Source: an uncultured Acetobacteraceae bacterium (GTDB taxonomy: Bacteria; Pseudomonadota; Alphaproteobacteria; Acetobacterales; Acetobacteraceae). From it: DNA of 64,000 nt. Made by a program: the position numbers and the translations under genes. Below, one piece after another: positions 1-10,249 of this stretch; within the stretch, counting starts at the first letter, position 1, and the number at the start of each line of letters is the position of its first letter. Below the pieces are notes generated by a model. The model was not told where the DNA came from, did not search any database, and was given only the letters and a program-made list of their open reading frames with translations. The stretch covers positions 5,126 through 69,125 of the forward strand of contig CAXTBW010000003.1 in the NCBI GenBank assembly GCA_964242925.1, written 5' to 3'.

Positions 1-2
1 AG

Positions 3-833
3 CTATGCAACGCCGGGGTGATCTGCGCCCCGGCGACCGACCTGCTGCGCTGGCTGCGCGCCGTGCGCAACGACAACGCCAAGGGCGAGTACTACCTGAC
101 CGACGTGGTGGCGATCGCGCGCGCCGAGGGTGCGGTCGTGCGCGCGGTCGAGGCGCCCGAGGCCGAGCTGCGAGGCGTCAACTCGCGCGCCGAGCTGGCG
201 GTGGCGGAGGCGACGGTGCAGGGCTGGCTGCGGCAAGCGGCGATGGCGGGGGGCGTCACGCTTACGGCGCCCGAAACGGTGTTCCTGTCCGCCGACACCC
301 AGCTCGCGCCTGACGTGACGGTCGGCGCCAACGTCGTGTTCGGCCCCGGCGTGAGCGTAGCGTCCGGCGTCGAGATCCGGGCGTTCTGCCACTTGGAAGG
401 CTGCGCGATCGGGCCCGGCGCCATTATCGGTCCGTTCGCCAGGTTGCGACCGGGGACCGTGGTGGGCGCGGGCGCGCATGTCGGCAACTTCGTGGAACTG
501 AAGGCCGCGACGTTGGGGGAAGGCGCCAAGGCCAACCACCTCAGCTACATCGGCGACGCAACGGTCGGCGCCGGCAGCAACATCGGCGCGGGGACGATAA
601 CGGTTAATTATGACGGGCATGCTAAACATCGCACCGAGATCGGCGCGCGGGCCTTTGTAGGCTCGAACAGCTCGCTGGTGGCGCCGGTGCGAATCGGCGA
701 TGGCGCGATGGTGGTGGCGGGCAGCACCGTGACGGAGGACGTGCCGGCGGACGCGATGGCGTTCGGCCGGGCGAGGCAGGTCAACAAGGTGGGGCGCGCA
801 GCCGCGTTCCGGGCGGCGAAAGGGAAGCGCTGA
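3..833 (+). CDS. glmU: Bifunctional UDP-GlcNAc pyrophosphorylase/glucosamine-1-P N-acetyltransferase (5'-truncated by window edge)
   Basis: [41 protein letters not shown] motifs; hexapeptide repeats; directly upstream of glmS. Confidence 0.97.
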   Translation, partial: LCNAGVICAPATDLLRWLRAVRNDNAKGEYYLTDVVAIARAEGAVVRAVEAPEAELRGVNSRAELAVAEATVQGWLRQAAMAGGVTLTAPETVFLSADTQLAPDVTVGANVVFGPGVSVASGVEIRAFCHLEGCAIGPGAIIGPFARLRPGTVVGAGAHVGNFVELKAATLGEGAKANHLSYIGDATVGAGSNIGAGTITVNYDGHAKHRTEIGARAFVGSNSSLVAPVRIGDGAMVVAGSTVTEDVPADAMAFGRARQVNKVGRAAAFRAAKGKR

Positions 834-2651
834 ATGTGCGGGATCGTGGGCGTGCTTGGCGCGAGGCCGGCGGCGCCGCTGCTGCTGGACGCGCTGCAAC
901 GGCTGGAATACCGCGGCTACGACAGCGCGGGGATCGCCACGCTGTCGAACGGGCACATCGACCGGCGGCGCGCCCCGGGCAAGCTGGCCAACCTGGCCGC
1001 CGTGCTGGCGGACGCGCCGCTGGCCGGCGACACCGGCGTGGGCCACACGCGCTGGGCCACGCACGGCGCGCCGACGGAGACCAACGCGCACCCGCACGGC
1101 ACTGCCCGCGTGTCGGTCGTGCATAACGGCATCATCGAGAACCACGCCGCCTTGCGTGAGGAGCTGGAAGCCGCCGGCCAGGTGTTCGAGACGGAGACGG
1201 ACACGGAGACGGTCGCGCAGATGCTCGATCTGCATCTGCGAAATGGGCTGGACCCGGTTGCGGCGGCGCATGCCACGTTGCTGCGGCTGGAGGGCGCCTA
1301 CGCGCTGGCCATGGTGTTCGCCGGGCGCCACGGCTTGCTGATCGGCGCGCAGCACGGCGCGCCGTTGGCGGTGGGGTATGGCGACGACGAGATGTTCCTC
1401 GGCTCCGACAGCCTGGCGCTGGCGCCGCTCACGCAGCGCATCGCCTTCTTGCGCGACGGCGACTGGGCGGTGCTGACGCGAGCCGGCGCCGAGTTCTTCG
1501 ACCTGGCGGGCGCCCCGGTGGAGCGGGAGGTGCGCCGCACCGTCCACACGGGGGCGGCGATCGGCAAAGACGGATTCCGCCACTACATGGAGAAGGAGCT
1601 GCACGAGCACCCGTCCGTCATCGGCCAGGTGTTGCAGCGGATGATCGACCCGGCGACGCGCACGGTGGCGCTGCCTGAAATGCCGTTCGACCTTACCAGC
1701 ATCCCGCGCGCCACGGTGGCGGCGTGCGGCAGCGCCTACTACGCCGGGCTGGTGGCGCGCCATTGGCTCGAGGCGGAAGCGCGGCTGCCGGTGGACGCGG
1801 ACGTGGCCAGCGAATTGCGCTACCGCGAGCCGCCGTTGCAGGCGGGAGGGTTGGCGCTGCTGGTCAGCCAGTCTGGCGAGACGGCGGACACGCTGGCAGC
1901 GCTGCGCTCGTTGCGCGGCGCCGGTCAGCATGTGCTGAGCGTGCTGAACGTGCCCGAGAGCACCATGGCGCGCGAGAGCGACGCGGTGCTGCAGACGCTG
2001 GCCGGGCAGGAGATCGGCGTCGCCAGCACCAAGGCGTTCACCGCCCAATTGACAACGCTGGCGTGCCTGGCGATTGGCGTGGCGCGGGCGCGCGGCGTGA
2101 TGGATGCGGCGCGCGAGACGACGCTGGTGGACGCCTTGCTGGAATTGCCGAGCCGTGCGGCGGAAACGCTGGCGATCGACTTGTCGGTGGTGGCCGAGCG
2201 CATCGCCAAGGCGCGCGACGTGCTGTTCCTTGGGCGCGGCGCGTGCTTCCCGATTGCGATGGAGGGCGCGCTGAAGCTGAAGGAGATCAGCTACATCCAC
2301 GCCGAGGGTTATGCCGCCGGGGAGATGAAGCACGGCCCGATCGCGCTGATCGACAGCGACGTGCCGGTGGTTGCGGTGGCGCCGAGCGGGGTGCTGTTCG
2401 AGAAGACGGCGTCCAACCTGCAGGAGGCGGCGGCGCGCGGCGGCCGGCTGGTGGTGTTCAGCGACGCGACCGGTGCGGCGCGGCTCCGGGCGATCGCGGC
2501 GGCAACGGTGGTGCTGCCCGACGTGGACCCGTTCGTGGCGCCGATCCTGTACGCGATCGCGGTGCAGATGCTGGCGTATCAGGTGGCGGTGCTGAAGGGC
2601 ACGGACGTGGACCAGCCGCGCAACTTGGCGAAGTCGGTGACGGTCGAGTAG
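834..2651 (+). CDS. glmS: Glutamine-fructose-6-phosphate transaminase
   Basis: N-terminal MCGIVG, LEYRGYDSAG, GHTRWATHG, SQSGETAD, C-terminal DQPRNLAKSVTVE. Confidence 0.98.
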   Translation: MCGIVGVLGARPAAPLLLDALQRLEYRGYDSAGIATLSNGHIDRRRAPGKLANLAAVLADAPLAGDTGVGHTRWATHGAPTETNAHPHGTARVSVVHNGIIENHAALREELEAAGQVFETETDTETVAQMLDLHLRNGLDPVAAAHATLLRLEGAYALAMVFAGRHGLLIGAQHGAPLAVGYGDDEMFLGSDSLALAPLTQRIAFLRDGDWAVLTRAGAEFFDLAGAPVEREVRRTVHTGAAIGKDGFRHYMEKELHEHPSVIGQVLQRMIDPATRTVALPEMPFDLTSIPRATVAACGSAYYAGLVARHWLEAEARLPVDADVASELRYREPPLQAGGLALLVSQSGETADTLAALRSLRGAGQHVLSVLNVPESTMARESDAVLQTLAGQEIGVASTKAFTAQLTTLACLAIGVARARGVMDAARETTLVDALLELPSRAAETLAIDLSVVAERIAKARDVLFLGRGACFPIAMEGALKLKEISYIHAEGYAAGEMKHGPIALIDSDVPVVAVAPSGVLFEKTASNLQEAAARGGRLVVFSDATGAARLRAIAAATVVLPDVDPFVAPILYAIAVQMLAYQVAVLKGTDVDQPRNLAKSVTVE

Positions 2652-2677
2652 TCGTCGCCGACTCGCCTACTCGGGCG

Positions 2678-2983
2678 TCAGGACACTTGGCGCAGCAGCA
2701 CGATCTGGGCGCCTTCCGGCGACGATCCGCGGTGCTCGGCGCCACGCTCTATGATGCAGGCCTGGCCCGGGCCGAGGATTACCGTGCGGTCGCGGTATTC
2801 CACGTGGAACTGGCCGGACCAGCAGATGACCGTCTCTTCCAGCGAGTCGTGCTTGTGCCAGCCGCCAGCGCCGTTGAACGCAACGAGGCGCATGCCCTGA
2901 CCACCGACGGCGATGCTGCTTTCGGGCGGCGTGGCGCCGGCGACGGCATCAAAGGTTTCCTTGAAATCGATCAGCTCCGGCAT
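2678..2983 (-). CDS. Small cupin-domain protein
   Basis: WHKHDSLEE and LGPGQACIIERGAEH cupin motifs; GGGAG RBS upstream. Confidence 0.8.
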   Translation of the reverse strand: MPELIDFKETFDAVAGATPPESSIAVGGQGMRLVAFNGAGGWHKHDSLEETVICWSGQFHVEYRDRTVILGPGQACIIERGAEHRGSSPEGAQIVLLRQVS

Positions 2984-3061
2984 GTTCTTGCTCCCTGTTG
3001 CGGCGGCTCCTAGGAGATATCTAACGCCGCCGGCGACAACGTTACAGGGAGATCTTCACGC

Positions 3062-4561
3062 ATGTTGAGTCATGATGTCCGCGTCCATCCATCCAAGGAC
3101 GTGCTGCTTCGCGAGGACCAATTGGCGTGGAAGATCGCCGCGGTCGCCGCAGACAAAGTGCGGGTGTTGCCGGAGGTGGCGGACATGATCGTCAACCGCA
3201 TCATCGACAACGCCGCCGTCGCGATCGCCTCGGTGAACCGGACGGCCCCCACCTCGGCGCGCGGCATGGCGTTGGGCCATCCGCGCAAGGGCGGCGCGAC
3301 CGTGTTCGGCGTCGGGTCCAACAAGCGCGTCAGCCCGGAATGGGCGGCGTGGGCGAACGGCACGGCGGTGCGCGAGCTGGACCACCACGACACGTTCCTG
3401 GCCGCCGATTACTCGCACCCGGGCGACAACATCCCGCCGATCCTGGCGGTGGCGCAGACGATGGAGAAGTCGGGCGCCGACCTGATCCGCGGCTTGGCGA
3501 CCGGCTACGAGATCCAGATCGACCTGGTGCGCGCAATCTGCCTGCACGAGCACAAGATCGACCACATCGCGCATCTCTGCCCGGCGCAGGCGGCGGGGAT
3601 CGGCACGCTGCTGGGGTTGAAGGCGGACGTGATCTACCAGGCGGTGCAGCAGGCGGTGCACGTCAGCTTCACCACGCGACAGTCGCGCAAGGGCGAGATC
3701 AGCTCGTGGAAGGCGTATGCGCCGTCGCATGCCGGCAAGCTGGCGATCGAGGCGGTGGACCGCGCGATGCGTGGCGAAGGCGCGCCGAGCCCGGTGTACG
3801 AGGGAGAGGACAGCGTGATCGCGTGGATGCTGGACGGCAAGGACGCCCAGTACTCGGTGCCGCTGCCGGGGCCGAAGGAGCCGAAGCGCGCGATCATGGA
3901 CAGCTACACGAAGGAGCACTCGGCCGAGTACCAGAGCCAGGCGCTGATCGACCTGGCGTTCCGCATGCGCGAGCAGGTGGGCGACTTGAAGAAGATCGAA
4001 AGCATCGTCATCCACACCAGCCACCACACCCACTACGTGATCGGCACCGGCGCCAACGACCCGCAGAAGATGGACCCGAAGGCGAGCCGGGAGACGCTGG
4101 ACCACTCGATCATGTACATCTTCGCCGTGGCGCTGCAGGACGGCAGTTGGCACCACGTCGACAGCTACGCCCGCAAGCGCGCCACGCGGCGGGACACGGT
4201 CGATCTGTGGCATAAGATCGAGACCCGCGAGGACCCGGCCTGGACGGAGCGCTACCACTCGCGCGACCCCAACACGCTGGCGTTCGGCGCCCGGGTGGAG
4301 ATCACGCTCAAGGGCGGCCAGGTGATCACCGACGAGCTGGCGATCGCCAACGCGCACCCGCTGGGCGCGACGCCCTGGCGGCGCGACGACTACATCGGCA
4401 AGTTCAACGTGATGACCGAGGGGCTGATCACGCCGAAGGAGGCGGAGCGGTTCCTGCAGGCGGCGCAGGAGGCGGCCGAGTTGCCGGCCGGGGAACTGCA
4501 CCGGCTCAACGTCGTGATGCCGAACGGCGCGCTGGTGGAAGCCAAGCCCGGGATTTTCTAA
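3062..4561 (+). CDS. prpD: 2-methylcitrate dehydratase, MmgE/PrpD family
   Basis: [42 protein letters not shown]; adjacent to methylcitrate synthase. Confidence 0.92.
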   Translation: MLSHDVRVHPSKDVLLREDQLAWKIAAVAADKVRVLPEVADMIVNRIIDNAAVAIASVNRTAPTSARGMALGHPRKGGATVFGVGSNKRVSPEWAAWANGTAVRELDHHDTFLAADYSHPGDNIPPILAVAQTMEKSGADLIRGLATGYEIQIDLVRAICLHEHKIDHIAHLCPAQAAGIGTLLGLKADVIYQAVQQAVHVSFTTRQSRKGEISSWKAYAPSHAGKLAIEAVDRAMRGEGAPSPVYEGEDSVIAWMLDGKDAQYSVPLPGPKEPKRAIMDSYTKEHSAEYQSQALIDLAFRMREQVGDLKKIESIVIHTSHHTHYVIGTGANDPQKMDPKASRETLDHSIMYIFAVALQDGSWHHVDSYARKRATRRDTVDLWHKIETREDPAWTERYHSRDPNTLAFGARVEITLKGGQVITDELAIANAHPLGATPWRRDDYIGKFNVMTEGLITPKEAERFLQAAQEAAELPAGELHRLNVVMPNGALVEAKPGIF

Positions 4562-4623
4562 CGCTTGCTCGAGAGCCCTCCGCCGCGGCGGAGGAATCGC
4601 CATCTTGGATTGGGAGAAATCGC

Positions 4624-5775
4624 ATGTCTGAAACACTTGTCAACAAGCCGAAGAAATCCGTCGCCCTGTCCGGCATCACCGCCGGCAACACGGCGCTGTG
4701 CACCGTCGGCCGCACCGGCAACGACCTGCATTACCGAGGTTACGACATCCTCGAAATCGCGGAGACCTGCGAATTCGAGGAGATCGCGCATCTGCTTGTG
4801 CACGGCGCGTTGCCGACCGAGGCGCAGTTGCGCGCCTACAAGACCAAGTTGCACGCTCTGCGCGGCCTGCCCGCCGCGGTGCGCACGGTGCTGGAGGCGC
4901 TGCCCGCCGCCACCCACCCGATGGACGTGATGCGCACCGGCGTGTCGGCGCTGGGCTGCGTGCTGCCGGAGAAGGACGACCATAATCATCCGGGCGCGCG
5001 CGACATCGCGGACCGGCTGATGGCCTGTCTCGGGTCGATGCTGCTGTACTGGCACCACTGGTCTTCCAACGGCAAGCGGATCGAACTCGAGACCGACGAC
5101 GACAGCATCGGCGGGCACTTCCTGCACCTGCTGCACGGCAAGGCGCCGTCGCCGGAATGGGTGCGGGCGATGCACACCTCGCTGAACCTCTATGCGGAGC
5201 ACGAGTTCAACGCATCCACATTCGCCTGCCGGGTCGTGGCGGGGACGGGCGCGGACATCTACAGCGCGATCACCGGCGGCATCGGCGCGCTGCGCGGCCC
5301 GAAGCACGGCGGCGCCAACGAGGTCGCGCTCGAAATCCAGCAACGTTACGCGAGCCCGGACGAGGCGGAGGCGGATGTGCGGCGCCGGGTTGCGAACAAG
5401 GAGGTGGTGATCGGGTTCGGCCACCCGGTCTACACGGTGTCCGACCCGCGCAACGTCGTCATCAAGGGCGTGGCGGAGCGGCTGTCGCAAGCGGCCGGCA
5501 ATACTGCGATGTACGATATCGCCGACCGGCTGGAAGCAGTGATGGCGGACACCAAGAAGATGTTCGCGAATCTCGACTGGTTCAGCGCGGTTTCCTATCA
5601 CATGATGGGCGTTCCAACGGCGATGTTCACGCCTCTGTTCGTGATCTCGCGCACCTCTGGATGGGCTGCGCACGTTATCGAGCAGCGCATCGACAACAAG
5701 ATCATCCGCCCGGCGGCGAACTACACGGGACCGGAGGACCGGGTGTTCGTGCCGCTCGCGCAGCGGACGGCCTGA
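4624..5775 (+). CDS. prpC: 2-methylcitrate synthase
   Basis: [11 protein letters not shown]-terminus, [35 protein letters not shown]. Confidence 0.95.
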   Translation: MSETLVNKPKKSVALSGITAGNTALCTVGRTGNDLHYRGYDILEIAETCEFEEIAHLLVHGALPTEAQLRAYKTKLHALRGLPAAVRTVLEALPAATHPMDVMRTGVSALGCVLPEKDDHNHPGARDIADRLMACLGSMLLYWHHWSSNGKRIELETDDDSIGGHFLHLLHGKAPSPEWVRAMHTSLNLYAEHEFNASTFACRVVAGTGADIYSAITGGIGALRGPKHGGANEVALEIQQRYASPDEAEADVRRRVANKEVVIGFGHPVYTVSDPRNVVIKGVAERLSQAAGNTAMYDIADRLEAVMADTKKMFANLDWFSAVSYHMMGVPTAMFTPLFVISRTSGWAAHVIEQRIDNKIIRPAANYTGPEDRVFVPLAQRTA

Positions 5776-6045
5776 CAGAGGAATTCTTAACTGACGAAGT
5801 AAAGCCGTCGTTTTTGTTTGACATGCGAACGGCGCGCGAGGAATAGCGGAAGGGCGTGCGCTGCGGTCGATTCGCGAAGCGTGTCGGCCGCGACGCAGAC
5901 GGCAGGAGAACGGTCGATGCACCGATGCCGCCTGATGGCTCTGGAGCAAGTGTGGCCCATCTCGCCACGGTCTCGGCTTGCTCGGCGCGCACGCTGTCGC
6001 AGACGCCCTCCGCTGGCGTATTCGGCATGCTGGAAGCGGGACGGT

Positions 6046-6070
6046 GGAACTGGCTGCTTGGGCGGCCGTT
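6046..6070 (+). promoter_or_regulatory. Sigma-EcfG (general stress response) type promoter
   Basis: Exact GGAAC-N16-CGTT, 67 bp upstream of ATG 6138. Confidence 0.7.
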
Positions 6071-6074
6071 CGCT

Positions 6075-6115
6075 GCAACGAGACTTGCAACTACTCTGGC
6101 AACTACTCTGGCAAC
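6075..6115 (+). repeat. Four GCAAC direct repeats at 12-bp period (two perfect GCAACTACTCTG units)
   Basis: GCAAC at 6075, 6087, 6099, 6111. Confidence 0.85.
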
Positions 6116-6137
6116 GGCCCTTAAGGAACTTACCAAC

Positions 6138-6695
6138 ATGAGCAACGACGATACTTTGATTGCTGTCCCGCGGACCCAGGCGATGGCGGTGAAGGCGGCG
6201 ACCAAGACGACCGCGAAAACTCCTGCGAAGTCTGAAGCGAAGCCGGCCAAGGCGAAGGCTCCGGTCGCGGCGAAGAAGACGGCTCCGAAGGCTGCTCCGG
6301 CCAAAGCGGCTCCGGCTAAGGCTGCGCCAAAGCCGGCCGCTAAGGCTGCGAAGCCGAAGGAAGCGGCCAAGCCCGCTCCCAAGGCTGCCGCCAAGCCAGC
6401 AGCTGCCGCGGTGAGCAAGGCGCCGGCCAAAAAGCCTGCCGCCAAGGCTCCTGCCAAGGCGAAGGCTGCTCCGAAGCCGGCGCCCAAGGCCGAAGCGAAG
6501 GCCGCTCCGAAGGCTGGCGCGAAGACCGCCGCTTCGAAGTCCGAAGCGTCCAAGACGATGCGCACCGCGAAGTCGCCGGCTGAGCGTTCGGCCGCCGCCA
6601 AGGAACTGAGCTCGACTGCGCCGAAGGGCCGCCGTCGGAAGGGCGAAGCTGCGCCGGCGCCGACGACCTCGCAAACCAGCGACTCGATAAACTGA
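6138..6695 (+). CDS. Lys/Ala/Pro-rich histone H1-like (Hc2/AlgP-like) protein
   Basis: KAAPAK/KPAAK repeats; TAAGGA RBS before ATG 6138; lies downstream of the EcfG-type promoter. Confidence 0.75.
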   Translation: MSNDDTLIAVPRTQAMAVKAATKTTAKTPAKSEAKPAKAKAPVAAKKTAPKAAPAKAAPAKAAPKPAAKAAKPKEAAKPAPKAAAKPAAAAVSKAPAKKPAAKAPAKAKAAPKPAPKAEAKAAPKAGAKTAASKSEASKTMRTAKSPAERSAAAKELSSTAPKGRRRKGEAAPAPTTSQTSDSIN

Positions 6696-6756
6696 CGCCT
6701 GGCTTGCTGATCGCCTTCCCCGGGCCGTCCGCTATGTGCGGGCGGTCCGGCCAGGG

Positions 6757-7383
6757 TCAACCGAAGGTCGTGAGCAGGTCCTGGACCTGGTCCGGCGTCA
6801 ACACCCGAGGCGACTGGCCCCGCAGCAGCAGGGCTAGTTTCGCCGCCTCCTCCAATTCCTCCGCCGCGTAGACCGCGTCGATCAGGGTCGGTCCGGAAAC
6901 GACCGGACCGTGGTTGGCCAACAGCACCGCTTTCGCATTCGTCGCGGCCGCCGTGATGGCCGGTTCCATGGCCGGGTCGCCAGGACGGTAGTAGGGCACC
7001 AAAGGCAGCGTGCCGCCCGTCCGCATGACGAAATAGGGCGTGAGCGCCGGCATGGCCTCGCCGCCGGGCAGACAGGCCAGCGCGGTCGCCATGGTGGAGT
7101 GCAGGTGCACCACCGCGCCAGCTTGGACGCGCGCGCGATAGAAGGCGCGGTGCATGAACACCTCCTTCGACGGCGCATCGCCACCGACATGCGCGAAGCC
7201 GCGGTCGAGCCGCGACAGACGCGCCGGGTCGAGACGGCCAAGCGAGGAGTTGGTGGGCGTGATCAGGTAGCCGCCATCCGGCAGTCGCACGCTGATGTTG
7301 CCGGCGCTCCCGACGCTGAAGCCGCGGGCGAACAGGCTTGCGGCCAACTCGACCAGCAACGCGCGGATCGCTTCTTCCGTCAT
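6757..7383 (-). CDS. otnC: 3-oxo-tetronate 4-phosphate decarboxylase (class II aldolase family)
   Basis: GSAGNISVRL, PSKE, AVVHLHS, LLANHGPVV, EELEEAAKL; coupled to otnK. Confidence 0.88.
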   Translation of the reverse strand: MTEEAIRALLVELAASLFARGFSVGSAGNISVRLPDGGYLITPTNSSLGRLDPARLSRLDRGFAHVGGDAPSKEVFMHRAFYRARVQAGAVVHLHSTMATALACLPGGEAMPALTPYFVMRTGGTLPLVPYYRPGDPAMEPAITAAATNAKAVLLANHGPVVSGPTLIDAVYAAEELEEAAKLALLLRGQSPRVLTPDQVQDLLTTFG

Positions 7384-8636
7384 GACGCGTCGAACGCGGC
7401 GGTGAAGAAGCCGCGCCCGCCGAAATTCCCCGACTTGAGCGCCAGCAGCATCGGCGGGCCGTCGCCCTCGGCGTAGGTCCAGGGCACGCCAGGGTCGATT
7501 TCCGCGCCGATGCGCAGACGGCGCACGCCCAATGCGGACACCACGGCGCCCGACGTCTCGCCGCCCGCCACGACCATGCGCCGCACGCCGGCGGCAACCA
7601 GCCCGGCGGCGACCGCAGCCAACGTTCGTTCCACCAGCGCGCCGGCGGCGTCGCGGCCCAGTTTCGCCTGCAGCGCGGCCACGCGGTCAGGCGGCGCGGA
7701 GGCGGCGATCACCACGGGGGTTTCCCCGAGTTTGCCCTCGGCCCAGTCCAGCGCCTGCCGGGCGAGCGCGTCGGCGTCAGGCGTCGCGAGCGGGTCCAGC
7801 TCCAACGTCGGAACCCGGTCGCGCGCCGTTCCCAGCTGCATCAGCGTGGCGCGCGAGCAGGACCCGGCGAGCACCGCGGCGTGGCCAGGCGCCGGCGGCA
7901 GCGCGGACACGTCGCCGCCGGATTGCAGCAGCCCGGCGGCGCGGAAGTTCTCGGGCAGGCCCATGGCGACGCCCGAGCCTCCGGTGATCAGCGCGTGACT
8001 GGCCGCCGCGGCGCCGATCGCGAACAGGTCGGCGTCGGTGATCGCATCGACGATCGCGTAACGGCGACCTTGTTCGCGCAACCCGCTCATCGCGCGGCGG
8101 ATCGCGTCGGCGCCCTGCGTCACGGTGGCCCAGGGGACCAGGCCAACCATTCCGTCGGTCTGGCGCGACAGCACGCGCACGAGGTTCGGGTCGCGCATGG
8201 GGGTGAGCGGATGGTTCTCCATCCCGCTCTCGCTGAGCAGTGCGGCGCCGACGAAAAGGTGGCCCTGGAACACCGAGCGGGCGTTGGCCGGAAACGCCGG
8301 GCACGCCAGCGCGAAGCCGCAGCCGAGCGCCTTGATGAGCGCGTCGGCGACCGGACCGATGTTGCCCTCGTCGGTGCTGTCGAAGGTGGAGCAGTATTTG
8401 TGGAACACCTGGCGGCATCCGGCCGCCTCTAGCCAGCGCAGCGCCGCCAGGCTTTCGCCAACCGCCTGCGCCACGGGGGCGGTGCGGGATTTCAGCGCGA
8501 CCACCACGGCGTCCGCGTCCGGCGGAACGCCGTCGGGCACGCCGATGAGCTGCACGGTGCGCATGCCGTTGCGCACAAGCGTGGAGGCGAGGTCGGTGGC
8601 GCCGGTGAAGTCGTCCGCGATGCAGCCTAGCAGCAT
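7380..8636 (-). CDS. otnK: 3-oxo-tetronate kinase (DUF1537 four-carbon acid sugar kinase)
   Basis: MLLGCIADDFTGATD, KYCSTFDST, VAGGETSGAVV, LALKSGNFG. Confidence 0.92.
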   Translation of the reverse strand: MLLGCIADDFTGATDLASTLVRNGMRTVQLIGVPDGVPPDADAVVVALKSRTAPVAQAVGESLAALRWLEAAGCRQVFHKYCSTFDSTDEGNIGPVADALIKALGCGFALACPAFPANARSVFQGHLFVGAALLSESGMENHPLTPMRDPNLVRVLSRQTDGMVGLVPWATVTQGADAIRRAMSGLREQGRRYAIVDAITDADLFAIGAAAASHALITGGSGVAMGLPENFRAAGLLQSGGDVSALPPAPGHAAVLAGSCSRATLMQLGTARDRVPTLELDPLATPDADALARQALDWAEGKLGETPVVIAASAPPDRVAALQAKLGRDAAGALVERTLAAVAAGLVAAGVRRMVVAGGETSGAVVSALGVRRLRIGAEIDPGVPWTYAEGDGPPMLLALKSGNFGGRGFFTAAFDAS

Positions 8637-9565
8637 GTCGCCTCCACGAATCGTTCCGCCTGCGTGCGCCAGGTCGGCAGGGTCTGGCCGGTGCGCCAAG
8701 CGGCTTCGGCCATGTCGGCGCGCAGGCCCTCGTCGAAGATCAGCCGACGCAGCGACTTGGACAAGGTGACCTCGTCGCCGACGTCGCAGACGACGCCGCA
8801 CTCAGGGGTCACCAAGCTCGCCGCTGCGCCGCCGCTGGTCACGGCGACGGGCAGACCGCGGCGCAGCGCTTCGGCGACCGCGGCGCCATGGCCTTCCCAT
8901 TCGGTGGCCAGCGCGAAGATGTCGGCGCCGCGCCACGCTGCCTCGAGCGACGCGGCGTCGAGCGTGCCGGCGAACTGGACGCCGCTGCCGGCGAGGCTGC
9001 GCAACTCGGCGGCATGGGCCGGGTCACGGTCCGGGTCGCCAACGATCACCAGCCGCCACGGCAGGTCGAACAGGCGGTTCAGCGCGCGCAGCAGCACGGC
9101 GTGGCCCTTGCGCGGGACCAGCGCGCCAATCGACAGGATCGTGCAGCCGGGCCCGCCGGAGCCTTCGCTGCGCGGTGCGTCCGGCACGCCCGGCGGGATC
9201 ACGATGGTCGAGTCCGGCGCCACGCCGAACTCGGCGACCAGCCGGTCGCGCACGAGGTCGCTGGTGACGATGATCCGGCGCAGCAACGGCAGGCGTTCGC
9301 GTTCGGCGGCGCGTGCGGCGTCGCGCTCGGCGTCGCGGGCGAGCGGCGTCGTGTGGTGGATGAGGCCGACGGCGCCGGCAAGCATCGACAGCGGCGCCGA
9401 TCGGAGCGCCAGGCCGTCCACGACGCGAACGGACGCGGTCCCGGGTTCGCCGGTGAGAACGGTGTGGCCGGTCTCGGTCAGCGCGGCGCACAGCGACTGG
9501 ATGTAGGCTGCGCCTCCCTCGATGGGACGGCCAGTCTGCGCCTGCGTGAAATGAAACTCCGCCAT
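8627..9565 (-). CDS. Glycosyltransferase family 4 protein
   Basis: GALVPRKGH, DIFALATEWEGHGAAVAEALRRGLPV (E-x7-E motif). Confidence 0.88.
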   Translation of the reverse strand: MAEFHFTQAQTGRPIEGGAAYIQSLCAALTETGHTVLTGEPGTASVRVVDGLALRSAPLSMLAGAVGLIHHTTPLARDAERDAARAAERERLPLLRRIIVTSDLVRDRLVAEFGVAPDSTIVIPPGVPDAPRSEGSGGPGCTILSIGALVPRKGHAVLLRALNRLFDLPWRLVIVGDPDRDPAHAAELRSLAGSGVQFAGTLDAASLEAAWRGADIFALATEWEGHGAAVAEALRRGLPVAVTSGGAAASLVTPECGVVCDVGDEVTLSKSLRRLIFDEGLRADMAEAAWRTGQTLPTWRTQAERFVEATCC

Positions 9566-9596
9566 GGCCCGGCGATACCACGGCAACCAGGCGGCG

Positions 9597-9968
9597 TCAC
9601 ACTCGCGCGGAAAGCGCCCATCCAGTCGCCGGGCGCGCCGCGTAGCTGCCGGAGCGGCCGTAGCGCGGCGCCGGATTGGATGCGCGCGCAGCGCCGGCCA
9701 GCACGCCGAGCACGCGCGTCTGCACGGCGATGGCGCGTTCGAGCAGCCGGCGGTTCTCGTCGGCCAGCGCGCGCAGGCGGATGGCGGCGGCGCGCAGGGC
9801 CGGGGTCGGCGCCGCTGCGGGCCGCGCTGCGGCGAAGGATGCGGCGGCCGTCTGCTTGCGTGCGAGCAGCGCGGCGGCGGCGGGCAGGTCCAATGCCTGC
9901 AGCGCTGCGTTCTCGGCGGCGACGGCGTCGGCGAGCGTTTCGATTGCATTGATAAGGCCGGGGGTCAT
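9597..9968 (-). CDS. FlgN-like flagellar chaperone / hypothetical
   Basis: Helical, ENAAL...ENRRLL pattern; follows flgI-flgJ. Confidence 0.55.
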   Translation of the reverse strand: MTPGLINAIETLADAVAAENAALQALDLPAAAALLARKQTAAASFAAARPAAAPTPALRAAAIRLRALADENRRLLERAIAVQTRVLGVLAGAARASNPAPRYGRSGSYAARPATGWALSARV

Positions 9969-10249
9969 CGCGTGCTGCTTTCCTGCATGTGGAGCATCTG
10001 GCGGAACACGGGCTGCGCGATGCCTAATCCGCCGGCGTGGGCGATCTGCTTGGCGAGCGAGTCGATCAGCATGGGCTTCCAGGCGGTCTCCGCCTGGCCG
10101 CCGCCGAGCGGCGAGGCGGCGAGGTCCACGGTGTCGAACATCGGCTTGAGGAACTCGTTGAGCGCCATGGCCTCGAAGTCCTGCGCGGCCTTCCAGGCTT
10201 TCTGCACACTCGCCGGGGGCAGGTTGGTTTGGATGGCGGGGGCGTCCAT
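9965..10249 (-). CDS. flgJ: Rod-binding protein (short FlgJ lacking muramidase)
   Basis: AAQDFEAMAL...GGLGIA rod-binding motif; after flgI. Confidence 0.8.
   Translation of the reverse strand: MDAPAIQTNLPPASVQKAWKAAQDFEAMALNEFLKPMFDTVDLAASPLGGGQAETAWKPMLIDSLAKQIAHAGGLGIAQPVFRQMLHMQESSTR

Noticed and set aside
3-2333. 776-aa minus-strand ORF and many similar long antisense ORFs (e.g. 46316-48961, 42008-43834, 60823-62577)
   Set aside because: Shadow frames of well-supported genes in high-GC DNA; Arg/Ala-rich with no motifs
6075-6115. Possible CRISPR-like array
   Set aside because: Units are 12 bp with no unique spacers and no cas genes
5856-6137. N-terminal extension of the histone-like ORF
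   Set aside because: It contains the EcfG-type promoter; a good RBS precedes ATG 6138
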